64,000 nt of DNA, from positions 4,245 to 68,244 of the forward strand of contig CAYSUI010000004.1 of assembly GCA_964434195.1 (NCBI GenBank), in the 5' to 3' direction. The position numbers and the translations under genes were made by a program. The notes under the pieces are model-generated. The model did no database searches. It saw nothing but the letters and a program-made list of their open reading frames with translations, and was not told the origin of the DNA. Numbering within the stretch: the first letter of the stretch is position 1; every line of letters starts with the position of its first letter. This stretch comes from an uncultured Candidatus Saccharibacteria bacterium. Lineage in GTDB: Bacteria > Patescibacteriota > Doudnabacteria > UBA920. Shown here piece after piece: positions 1 to 8,246 of this stretch.

Positions 1-68
1 TCTCACCCATAACCAATGCGCTCAAAAAAGCAGAGAGCGAATTAAAAAGAGACGCCTTAAACACCTAA
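1..68 (+). CDS. prfA: peptide chain release factor 1, C-terminal fragment (partial; runs off the window start)
   Basis: Frame 3 reads ...SPITNALKKAESELKRDALNT* and ends at TAA 66-68. It lies directly upstream of prmC, as in the conserved prfA-prmC pair. It is too short to confirm by sequence alone. Confidence 0.3.
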   Translation, partial: SPITNALKKAESELKRDALNT

Positions 69-70
69 AC

Positions 71-889
71 TTGACCATTCGGGAAGCTCAAATTAAATAT
101 AAGCAAATAGAAATAGATATCCTCCTTGAACATGTCCTAAAAAAACCCAAGGAGTTTATTTTTAGCAACCCAAACAAAAAGCTTTCCCCATCCCAAAAAT
201 TAAAGATCGATAAACTTGCAAAACAAAGAATCAAGGGAATACCTATTGCCTACATCGTAGGTTACAAATATTTCTATGGAAAAAAATTCCAAGTAACAAA
301 AGACACGCTTATCCCTAGACCCGAAACCGAACAACTCATAGATCTAAGCGTTGCTACAATACACACTTCAGATCATATAAAAAGTATTTTAGATTTAGGT
401 ACAGGCAGTGGATGTATCGCAATCACACTATCTAGTATTTTCGGAAACAGTCAAAAAAAGTTAAATTTCTCAGCCAGCGATGTTTCTTTAAAGGCGCTAA
501 ATATAGCAAAAAAGAATTCCAAATTACACAAACAAAAAATTAAGTTTTATAAATCTAATCTGCTCTCCAACATAGACAACAAATTCGATATAATCGTAGC
601 AAATCTACCTTACGTGCCACTTAAAAATTATAAAAAATTAATACAAAATTTGAAGTATGAACCAAAAATTGCCCTCACAGATAACACAAACAATGCCGGT
701 CTATATGAAAAACTGATTAAATCAGCAACAAAACATCTAAACGATAAAGCTGTAATATTATTAGAAATAGACCCATCTACTACGCAATATATTTCTAAAT
801 ACGTAAAAAAACACCTTCCCAATAGCCTTATTACCTTTTATCAAGATCTCTCCAAAAGAGCACGCTTCGCTGAAATTAAACTAATTTAA
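71..889 (+). CDS. prmC: release factor glutamine N5-methyltransferase (HemK/PrmC family)
   Basis: TTG start. Motifs DILLEHV, LIPRPETE, the SAM-binding LDLGTGSGCIA and an NPPY-like ANLPYV, colinear with E. coli HemK. Confidence 0.75.
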   Translation: MTIREAQIKYKQIEIDILLEHVLKKPKEFIFSNPNKKLSPSQKLKIDKLAKQRIKGIPIAYIVGYKYFYGKKFQVTKDTLIPRPETEQLIDLSVATIHTSDHIKSILDLGTGSGCIAITLSSIFGNSQKKLNFSASDVSLKALNIAKKNSKLHKQKIKFYKSNLLSNIDNKFDIIVANLPYVPLKNYKKLIQNLKYEPKIALTDNTNNAGLYEKLIKSATKHLNDKAVILLEIDPSTTQYISKYVKKHLPNSLITFYQDLSKRARFAEIKLI

Positions 890-950
890 GATACTTGTTA
901 AATCTTAAATAAAATATTATATTAGGATTTCTATTTTTGAAGGAGAAAAA

Positions 951-1445
951 ATGATTACAATAGAAGCCCCTAACCTCAAGACATTGTTTCGCATCGGTAT
1001 CTTATACCTATTCACAAGTCTATCTATTTGGTATATATGCCACTGGTATATAAGCTTAAATAACGAAATAAATGACCATTTAGGCTTTCTAAAACTACAA
1101 CCGGACCAACGGGCCTGGTTAATGGGTTTTACAACTATTTATTACATTACCTGCGCATATACCTTTATACTTCAAAAAGGAATGTTCTTCACCTGGATAG
1201 GCCTAATTTTTAGCAACATCTATACCGCTAAATTCATAGACGCTTATTTCTACTATGCAAAACCCCCAATGGTAGACACCCCCACCGAATTCATAACAAC
1301 CGGGATGGTAATTAGTGTGGTTTCAGGGTTAATAGTATTTAGCTCAATGCTTCTTTGCGACAACCTGGCTAATTATATTCTCGATCGAACCTACCTAAGA
1401 AACAAAGCAGATAAAATCTGCTTTTTTATTCTAGGTTTCTTTTAA
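951..1445 (+). CDS. hypothetical integral membrane protein
   Basis: 164-aa ORF preceded by RBS GAAGGAG. Several hydrophobic helices. No recognisable family. Confidence 0.45.
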   Translation: MITIEAPNLKTLFRIGILYLFTSLSIWYICHWYISLNNEINDHLGFLKLQPDQRAWLMGFTTIYYITCAYTFILQKGMFFTWIGLIFSNIYTAKFIDAYFYYAKPPMVDTPTEFITTGMVISVVSGLIVFSSMLLCDNLANYILDRTYLRNKADKICFFILGFF

Positions 1446-2334
1446 ATCTTTCAAAATCTTGAACCCCATGAACTCTTACCCTGGGAACTTTAAATAAATT
1501 TTCAGGATCAACATACACACCAAAACTCACAGTTAAAGCCATTACAAAACCAGCTTTTTTAGCCTCCTCAATATATAAACCTGTAAAGTGACCGTAAGGA
1601 TAAATAAGTATGCGGGATGTAATCCCTAAATTATCATATAAATCTTTACGGGATTGGGTTAAATTTTTATATATATAATCAGTTGAATACTTAGAACTTG
1701 CACCATCAAAATGACTCTCCGTATGAGATACAATTTCCATTCCCAAATTTTGCGCCTGTTTAATCTCTGCCCATGTCGCATACTCAGAAGTCCCAACAAA
1801 CCCAGTTATAATCCCAAACGATCCGGTATATTCATATTTTTTTAATATTGGAACCGCATAACTAAAAACATCTGCATAACCATCGTCAAAAGTAAATACA
1901 ATCGGCTTCTTTGGTAGATTTATTTTCTTCTGAGACGCCTGGTAAACTTCAAGTAAACTTAACGATACATACCCATTGTCTTTTAACCATTTCACCTGTT
2001 TTTCAAAATCCTCAGGACTAACAGTTAAATCCCGTCTCAATGCATCAGCATTCTCTGGCAACGGCCCAACATGATGATACATAAGAATAGGCACCTTAAT
2101 TGAATTAACCGATAGTCTAGGAGGTAAAGACTTTCTCTCACTTGGTCTGTATTCTGGACTCAGAGGATCCCCTATATTATTTTTACTTTCCACAACATTA
2201 GATACTACCTTTGTTCTTTTATCTTCCAGGTACTCTTTTACAAAATAAATATCTAAAACAGTAAAAATTATCAAAATTAAAAAAAGCACTCCCACTATTC
2301 CCCGAAAATTTTTTAACTTATGCTTTTTCATCAC
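1426..2334 (-). CDS. polysaccharide deacetylase family protein (NodB-homology domain), membrane anchored
   Basis: N-terminal TM helix, then LMYHHV...TFDDGYADVFSYAVPILKKY, typical of the PgdA/PgaB-type carbohydrate esterase 4 family. Confidence 0.65.
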   Translation of the reverse strand: MMKKHKLKNFRGIVGVLFLILIIFTVLDIYFVKEYLEDKRTKVVSNVVESKNNIGDPLSPEYRPSERKSLPPRLSVNSIKVPILMYHHVGPLPENADALRRDLTVSPEDFEKQVKWLKDNGYVSLSLLEVYQASQKKINLPKKPIVFTFDDGYADVFSYAVPILKKYEYTGSFGIITGFVGTSEYATWAEIKQAQNLGMEIVSHTESHFDGASSKYSTDYIYKNLTQSRKDLYDNLGITSRILIYPYGHFTGLYIEEAKKAGFVMALTVSFGVYVDPENLFKVPRVRVHGVQDFERFKRNLE

Positions 2335-2350
2335 GTTTAAACCATTATAA

Positions 2351-2400
2351 CTAAAAAACTCCCACGGTATCTAGTACTTAACCAGAAATTCCGAGGGAGT
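2351..2400 (-). terminator. intrinsic terminator after rplY
   Basis: On the minus strand a CUCCCUCGG...CCGUGGGAG stem with a large loop, followed by a U6 tract. Confidence 0.45.
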
Positions 2401-2411
2401 TTTATTTTATC

Positions 2412-3068
2412 CTATTGTTCTGAAGGCGCAGAACCAGCTTCTTCTTTCGGTTCTTCCTTTATTCCTTCAACCTGACTTACATCACCCACTTCTTTAGATA
2501 ACTCTGCTTCTACATCTCTAGGAGGTGAAACTTTTACTACCAGCTCTTCCGCATCCCCTAAAATTTTTACTCCAGCAGGAGCCTTTATATTAGAAACAAG
2601 AATCGAATCCTCAAAAGTTTTCAAAGCGCTAATATCGACTTCGATACTATGTGGTAAATCTTTAGGTAAACATTCAACTTCTACAGCATCTAACTGCTTC
2701 ATTAATGTTCCACCCAATGCCTTAATTGCCAAAGACTCACCAACGAAATCCAAAATAACATTCGCAGTTAAAGTCTGGTTCATGTCGACTTCCAAGAAAT
2801 CAGCATGAATCGGCATATGAGTTACTGGATCTCTTTGCAAGTCGTGAATAAGTACATTTTTTGCACTACCATCAGCAAATTGTAGTTCTACAATAGTACT
2901 TTCACCAGCTTTTCTGAGTACTTTTTCAAACTCATTCTGAGCAGCCGAAATACTTACTCCTTGCTTCTTGTTACCGTAAACAATGCCCAAAATATGGCCA
3001 TTTTTACGAATATTCTTCGGGGATGTCTTTTCATCCCTAGTTTCTACTTTTAGCAGTAATTTTTCCAT
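2412..3068 (-). CDS. rplY: 50S ribosomal protein L25 / general stress protein Ctc
   Basis: 218 aa. N-terminal L25 domain (KVETRDEKTSPKNIRKNGHILGIVYG...) plus the Ctc-type C-terminal domain and an acidic tail. Confidence 0.8.
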   Translation of the reverse strand: MEKLLLKVETRDEKTSPKNIRKNGHILGIVYGNKKQGVSISAAQNEFEKVLRKAGESTIVELQFADGSAKNVLIHDLQRDPVTHMPIHADFLEVDMNQTLTANVILDFVGESLAIKALGGTLMKQLDAVEVECLPKDLPHSIEVDISALKTFEDSILVSNIKAPAGVKILGDAEELVVKVSPPRDVEAELSKEVGDVSQVEGIKEEPKEEAGSAPSEQ

Positions 3069-3127
3069 ATATCACTAAATAATATAAATACCGATAAATT
3101 CTAACAAAAACCCCAAAAAAAAGCAAG

Positions 3128-3153
3128 AAAAAAAAACGGTGCCAGTGACACCG
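3128..3153 (-). terminator. intrinsic terminator 5 nt after the stop of the GC-rich gene 3159..4223
   Basis: Minus strand CGGUG-ucacugg-CACCG hairpin followed by U9. Confidence 0.6.
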
Positions 3154-3158
3154 TGTAC

Positions 3159-4223
3159 TTATACGAAAGCTTGATGCAGCAACCCTAAATACTGCTCTAC
3201 CCCACCAGGTGCATAACCTACGGCTACTTTATGTTCGCTTAACGAATCGAATTCAATGTCCATTTCACCAAATCGAGCCTCTTCACCAGGACGATGCGGT
3301 ACATCTACTATCCTGATAGGTGTAGGCGTGTAGATAAGATCCGGCTCTCCAATCGAGTCGCAGTAGAGTTTTGCGGTGAGCGCGAAATCATGTACCCAAA
3401 GCATTTCCGGAGAACCGCCTGGCTTAATGCGCGGGAGCACCGCGTTGTCATACCAAACCTGACTAAGTTCAGTAATAATATTGGCGCGTTCTGATCTGGG
3501 CAAAAATTCACGAAAATCATCGTTCGTATTGAATCCTACCGCAGGATTCCGAGTGGAATCGGACGTAATCAAGTATTTAGGAAAGCCTGATCCAACCGCG
3601 AACTGATACGTTGCTTCAGTATCACCATGAGCGTTAAATTGCTGCTTTTGGTTTCTGATACCACCGAAATCCATAAGCTTGACCGTGCCCAACGATCCTA
3701 GCATTGCGTAAGCTTTGATTATCTTAGCTTGGAGTGCCCGGTTAGCGCCGAACAGTTCCTTATAACCTGTTAACGGCCCTCCAGCAAGAAGCGGAAAGTC
3801 AGGACCGGATATCAGCATATCAGCAAGATCTGAGAGCGGAAGGAGCACTTTCTTACCCAATGCAACTTTATCATCAAATTTATACACACCCGGAATATCA
3901 TCAAATTTTTCCCATTCCTTGAGATGTACATGTTCTGGGACTAAGCTTGCTCGGGCTATACCCCCGTTATAAATTCTGACGTTTCCAAAACCCATACGGC
4001 TCACAAACGCATGCATACGGGCAGCATTTATAAACTGAACTTGTTCGGAAAACTCCAAATCAAACCTACTTTCTCCCTTCACCGGATTTGGATAGGTGGG
4101 CCTGCCCGTAAGTACGAAAAATATTTCAGTCTTCGGAAACAGCGCCGCAACCCCAGCGAGCTGAGCTGGATTGTCAAAATCCGTATTATCATTCAAAACA
4201 ACAATTCTGGGTATGTACCCCAT
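3159..4223 (-). CDS. hypothetical protein, compositionally atypical (GC-rich) orphan
   Basis: 354-aa ORF in a segment visibly richer in G+C than the flanks. Spurious ORFs overlap it on other frames, as expected for GC-rich DNA. It has its own terminator. No family recognised. Confidence 0.5.
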   Translation of the reverse strand: MGYIPRIVVLNDNTDFDNPAQLAGVAALFPKTEIFFVLTGRPTYPNPVKGESRFDLEFSEQVQFINAARMHAFVSRMGFGNVRIYNGGIARASLVPEHVHLKEWEKFDDIPGVYKFDDKVALGKKVLLPLSDLADMLISGPDFPLLAGGPLTGYKELFGANRALQAKIIKAYAMLGSLGTVKLMDFGGIRNQKQQFNAHGDTEATYQFAVGSGFPKYLITSDSTRNPAVGFNTNDDFREFLPRSERANIITELSQVWYDNAVLPRIKPGGSPEMLWVHDFALTAKLYCDSIGEPDLIYTPTPIRIVDVPHRPGEEARFGEMDIEFDSLSEHKVAVGYAPGGVEQYLGLLHQAFV

Positions 4224-4463
4224 ATCATATCCTCCTAAATGGAAAAATCTCGTTCTAGCCTAATATGAACTAGACAAGAAAATACTGGCTATGTTGATAC
4301 AAAATTATGAAATCGGTTTCCCGTTGACCATAACCCCCCATCAACACCTACTGCGAAAGTACCCACAGCAGATTGCCCAAAAAGCAACTTCTGTTTATAG
4401 CATATTTATTAATTGTTGTCAACCAAAAACTGAATAAAAAACTATTTCTTAAGTGAGTTGTTT

Positions 4464-5393
4464 TTAATAACTAATTTGTGGTAATTTCGGAAGCAACCTC
4501 TTCGATTTAAAGAAAAACCACCCTATTACAACAAAAGTTGCCATCGGCGAAATCCATGCGGGTACGTGGAGCCCAAAAGCGTCACATAACATAACTGTAC
4601 CCAAAACAAGAATTGAATACATTGCGCCATTTTTCAAAAAAACATATTTTTTTACACGCTCAATATTTCCAATAGTAAGTTGTCTAACAACTACTGCACC
4701 CAAGCCATTTCCTAAGACAATTAAAGGTACAGAAAGCGTAAAAGCAAAAGCACCCAAAACACCGTCTATAGAAAAAGTAGAATCTATAACTTCTAAATAT
4801 AATATTTTACTGAGATCGGACATTCCCGAACCCTTCAATTGCGCTTCTTGTTTTTCCGCATTCTCTTTAAAGCCATGAGTAATAAAAAACGCGGTCGAAC
4901 CAACAACAGCTCCAAATGCCATAACCGGATTTATTTTTATGGCCGCCCAAACAAGCACGGAAAGAAAAACAGAGACCACAGCATAGAACCAAACACCTTG
5001 CGAGTGTATAAATTTTTCACCCGGTAACCCAAAGTTTTTGGGTTCTAAAAACAACCAATGAAAAAATAAAAAAACTAGAAAAGTACCACCACCTGCTAAA
5101 AGTATCGGCGCAGATTTCTCTATTGCTTCAAGAACATGCCTGTCTCCACTAAATGTTGCAGTAATTGCCTCAACAGGCCCCAACCCCGGAATAGATAACC
5201 AAACTATTAACCATGGCAAAATTCCTCTAATAACGAATACTGCGAAAAAAATTCCCCAAACCAAAAACCATTTTCGTGCCTTAGCCCCCATTCCACTCAG
5301 CACCTCTGCGTTTATAACGGCATTGTCGACACTGCTCACAGTCTCAAACAATGCTAAACCTAACACAGTTAAAGCACCAGATAAAAACCCCAT
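4464..5393 (-). CDS. integral membrane protein, DUF475 / TerC-like family
   Basis: 309 aa, multi-pass. The N-terminal ETVSSVDNAVINAEVL motif is characteristic of the DUF475/TerC group. Confidence 0.5.
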   Translation of the reverse strand: MGFLSGALTVLGLALFETVSSVDNAVINAEVLSGMGAKARKWFLVWGIFFAVFVIRGILPWLIVWLSIPGLGPVEAITATFSGDRHVLEAIEKSAPILLAGGGTFLVFLFFHWLFLEPKNFGLPGEKFIHSQGVWFYAVVSVFLSVLVWAAIKINPVMAFGAVVGSTAFFITHGFKENAEKQEAQLKGSGMSDLSKILYLEVIDSTFSIDGVLGAFAFTLSVPLIVLGNGLGAVVVRQLTIGNIERVKKYVFLKNGAMYSILVLGTVMLCDAFGLHVPAWISPMATFVVIGWFFFKSKRLLPKLPQISY

Positions 5394-5402
5394 AAATTTT
5401 TA

Positions 5403-5774
5403 TTAAGCAGTTTTCTTTACAGAAAGTAGTTTAACGAAGTCACCTTTAAATTCACTCAAATTTTTATGAACTTGAATACAATCGTTTAAGCTCAAAGGTT
5501 CTAGCTTGCTAAATTTTGCCGAATCTTGAGAAGTTAAATCTGTAATCATTCCAACACTAAAGACTTCAGGTCCATTTATATCTATGTTAAACATAACCGA
5601 ACTAGTACATTTCTGACAGTCTGAATGAATTAGAATTTGAGCACTGTTCTCTGATTCTGTTTGCTTAGATTCAATAATCTTAGTGTTATCCAAGTTATAT
5701 TTAAATCCACAAACCGGGCACCTGAGTACCCCACCCAACCAGACCAGTACCTTCTTAAAATTCATAGGTTTCAT
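5403..5774 (-). CDS. small zinc-ribbon protein (CPxCG...CxxC), hypothetical
   Basis: The track ORF 5403..5948 starts inside the GC-rich structured element. Its first 58 codons translate that element (MLPRPSTRASGCVGGPNENSPLF...). A start at the internal Met (MKPMNFKK, 5774) is far more plausible. The product has two CxxC pairs. Confidence 0.4.
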   Translation of the reverse strand: MKPMNFKKVLVWLGGVLRCPVCGFKYNLDNTKIIESKQTESENSAQILIHSDCQKCTSSVMFNIDINGPEVFSVGMITDLTSQDSAKFSKLEPLSLNDCIQVHKNLSEFKGDFVKLLSVKKTA

Positions 5775-5875
5775 ATTCTTCACAATAAATAAATTTAAAA
5801 AGTAATTTCCTAAACTATACCACTTAAACCCCCACAACACAAACACGAACTTGTACCCAAAATCAATCGAAGGAT

Positions 5876-6034
5876 GGGGGAAAAGGGGTGAATTTTCATT
5901 AGGTCCTCCTACGCACCCGGATGCACGGGTGCTGGGTCGAGGGAGCATCCCTTTCTCTCTGGACGGGCTCAGCCCGATCCTGAGAGAAAGGGATTCGCTT
6001 CTCGGATTTCATTCAAACTCACCCCTTTTCCCCC
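5876..6034. ncRNA. candidate structured RNA element (unclassified), GC-rich, closed by a perfect 16-bp stem
   Basis: GGGGGAAAAGGGGUGA (5876-5891) pairs perfectly with UCACCCCUUUUCCCCC (6019-6034). Inside are GCACCCG-gaugca-CGGGUGC, a ~13-bp stem CCCUUUCUCUCUGG/CCUGAGAGAAAGGG enclosing GGGCU-ca-GCCC, and GGAUGC/GCAUCC. GC content is far above the surroundings. The strand is undetermined. Confidence 0.4.
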
Positions 6035-6090
6035 GTCCCAAAGTTCTGTTTAAAAATAATTAAAATGATTTTCAAAAGACATCGGAACAG

Positions 6091-6272
6091 CTCGATTTCA
6101 GATTTTGAGATGAGATTTTAAGAAACGTTCAGTCAGAGTTCGATTTCAGATTTTGAGTGGATTTTTTTCGATTTTCGAGAAGTGAGCGGAGGCGTCCGCG
6201 GGGGGACGGTGTAGCGAGCCTCGGAGAAAATCGGAAAAAAACCGCCAAAATATGGAATCCCGTCAAAACAAG
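6091..6272. repeat. dispersed intergenic repeat, copy A (full length; contains an internal tandem 18-mer)
   Basis: TCGATTTCAGATTTTGAG occurs twice (6092-6109 and 6140-6157), then TCGATTTTCGAG, a GCGTCCG..GGGACGG hairpin, AAAATCGG and CGCCAAAATATGGAATCCCGTCAAAACA. It is homologous to copies at 20974, 42816, 47884, 55145 and 60703. Confidence 0.7.
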
Positions 6273-6281
6273 TATACCAAT

Positions 6282-7382
6282 CTAGAAGCGAAGCGACCTA
6301 GACTGCATGACAACATTCTGTACAATGCCGAGGCAAATATACGAAACCAATAAGGCACTCCCACCATAACTCATAAAAGGGAGAGGGATTCCTGTAACTG
6401 GCATGATCCCCATGTTCATCCCTATATTTATTATTATCTGCACAAAAAATACACACAGTACTCCCATTGTTAAATATCTGCCCAAATAATCTTTAGATTT
6501 CTGCATAATAGTATAGAGCCTATATATCATAAATATATAAAACCCTAAGAGCACACTTGAGCCAAAATATCCTATTTCTTCCGCAGCTGATGCAAAAACA
6601 AAATCCGTTTGTCTTTCCGGTAAAAATTTCAACTGACTCTGAAGACCCTTACCTAACCCCCTCCCAAATAGCTGACCACTACCCACAGCAATTGTCGCTT
6701 GCTTAACATTGTAACCTTTACCTTTGGGGTCTAAATCTGGATTTAGAAAAACCTCAACTCGCAGTCTTTGGTAATCATGCAATAAAAACTCCCACGAAAA
6801 TCCAGATATAATCAAAAACGAAACTAACAAAGCGATAATATATTTTTTACTTATAGGTGATAATAAAATCATCCCTCCCCACACACTAGCTAATACCAAA
6901 GAAGATCCCAAATCAGGCTCCAATAGTACCAACACAAAAGGTATTGCCGTCATGACAAGTGTCATTAGCATATGCTTCCAAGAATTCACCAAAGCCTGTC
7001 TTAGACCAAACCATCTTGCCAAAACAATAACTAAGATTACTTTGGCAAATTCTGCCGGTTGCAATTGGAAAAATCCGAAATCTATCCACCTAGAACTCCC
7101 TCTAATATCCCTAGCAAAAAACAAGACATAAATTAAGACAATAATAATTACCGGATACGCTATTCGGTTCATTTTGGAAAGACTATGGTAGTTATAAAAT
7201 GCGAACACAAAAAACAAAATTAACCCTACCGATGCAAATAATAACTGTTTCCAAAAAATCGTCATTGACGGATTAGACAACGAAGTCGCATACAAAACTG
7301 CTAGCCCCAATGCTTGGACAAGCAACATCACCACAAACAGTGGCACGTCAAAATAAGTTAAATTACGAAAAAAGCTAAGCAT
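6282..7382 (-). CDS. SEDS-family peptidoglycan glycosyltransferase (RodA/FtsW)
   Basis: 366 aa, 10 TM. Motifs RWIDFGFFQLQPAEFAKV and ATIAVGSGQLFGRGLGKG...FLPERQTDFVFA are typical of FtsW/RodA/SpoVE. Confidence 0.8.
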   Translation of the reverse strand: MLSFFRNLTYFDVPLFVVMLLVQALGLAVLYATSLSNPSMTIFWKQLLFASVGLILFFVFAFYNYHSLSKMNRIAYPVIIIVLIYVLFFARDIRGSSRWIDFGFFQLQPAEFAKVILVIVLARWFGLRQALVNSWKHMLMTLVMTAIPFVLVLLEPDLGSSLVLASVWGGMILLSPISKKYIIALLVSFLIISGFSWEFLLHDYQRLRVEVFLNPDLDPKGKGYNVKQATIAVGSGQLFGRGLGKGLQSQLKFLPERQTDFVFASAAEEIGYFGSSVLLGFYIFMIYRLYTIMQKSKDYLGRYLTMGVLCVFFVQIIINIGMNMGIMPVTGIPLPFMSYGGSALLVSYICLGIVQNVVMQSRSLRF

Positions 7383-7384
7383 GA

Positions 7385-8221
7385 TTATTTGTTCCGATAA
7401 ACAGTAGACAATCGAAGATTTTCTGGATCTAACACATTTGTATCAGCCTTTGTTTCCACGCGGTAAAGCCCAGCTGTACTACCAGCAGGCCAAACGATAT
7501 GATATGCCCTTCTCTCAAATGGCTTCATGCTATTTTCTGTACGACTACTAACTGCAATCAATTTATTAGAAGCGTCAAACAGATATACTTTTAACAAAAC
7601 TTTTTTCAAAGCAAAAGGACTCCCATTATATACGGTCCCCTCTATCCCCACTCCCCCACTTCCGTTATTTACGATCTCTGGTGTGGGTGTTTGGAAATCT
7701 ACTTTTGGTATATTCAAACGTTTTTGAAAATGAGGGTTATCTGCATTAATTTTTGCATCTACTATTGCACTAGTGGTTTCGATCCTTGGTACAACAACAT
7801 CATATTCTCCATTAGGTAAAATATGATAGGTATCTGTAGCTGTATAAATGAGAGAACCTGCGCTATCATAAAAGTCCACCCTTACCGGACTACTCCCTAC
7901 AGCAATGTCTAAATTAGGATTTTTAATTACCGCTCTAGCAGAATAAATGCTATTCGTTACCCTAAACACTTCGACTGGCGATATTGTTAATGGTGATGCC
8001 AACACAGTACTAGGTTTTGAGCTTAATCTCAATGACTTATATACAGTGTCAAAATACGCAATTGATATATACTTAGATAATGCGTATACGGGTACTATGC
8101 CTATTAAAAACACTAAAAAAAGAATTCTGCCCCACTTAGTAAACTGCATAAAAGCATACCCAGTCTCATATACCGATTTCTCTACCTGATATTTCGCTTT
8201 TTCTTTTATCAAAGATTCCAT
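7385..8221 (-). CDS. hypothetical membrane-anchored protein, co-transcribed with the SEDS gene
   Basis: The track ORF runs to 8257 and would overlap the divergent dnaE start at 8247. A start at the internal MESLIKEK (8221) or later is more plausible. It has one TM helix and then a soluble domain, and begins 3 nt after the SEDS gene. Confidence 0.4.
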   Translation of the reverse strand: MESLIKEKAKYQVEKSVYETGYAFMQFTKWGRILFLVFLIGIVPVYALSKYISIAYFDTVYKSLRLSSKPSTVLASPLTISPVEVFRVTNSIYSARAVIKNPNLDIAVGSSPVRVDFYDSAGSLIYTATDTYHILPNGEYDVVVPRIETTSAIVDAKINADNPHFQKRLNIPKVDFQTPTPEIVNNGSGGVGIEGTVYNGSPFALKKVLLKVYLFDASNKLIAVSSRTENSMKPFERRAYHIVWPAGSTAGLYRVETKADTNVLDPENLRLSTVYRNK

Positions 8222-8246
8222 ATATCCAAAGTATATCAAACTTCTC

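Noticed and set aside
3294-3520. Short ORFs inside the GC-rich genes (3294..3494, 3308..3520, 21414..21650, 21733..22080, 22115..22336, 22326..22523, 28609..28791, 28837..29079, 29106..29303, 29322..29549)
   Set aside because: These are shadow ORFs expected in GC-rich DNA. The longest frame in each segment is retained instead.
5775-5948. N-terminal 58 codons of track ORF 5403..5948
   Set aside because: They translate straight through the GC-rich hairpin element (Gly/Pro/Arg-rich nonsense peptide). An internal Met at 5774 gives a plausible zinc-ribbon protein.
5876-6034. TPP riboswitch assignment for the structured element
   Set aside because: A CUGAGA hexamer and a GCGUAGG-like block are present on opposite strands. 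The ordered TPP blocks (GGGGUGC...CUGAGA...ACCCU...CCUGAUC...GCGUAGGGA) are not found on either strand.
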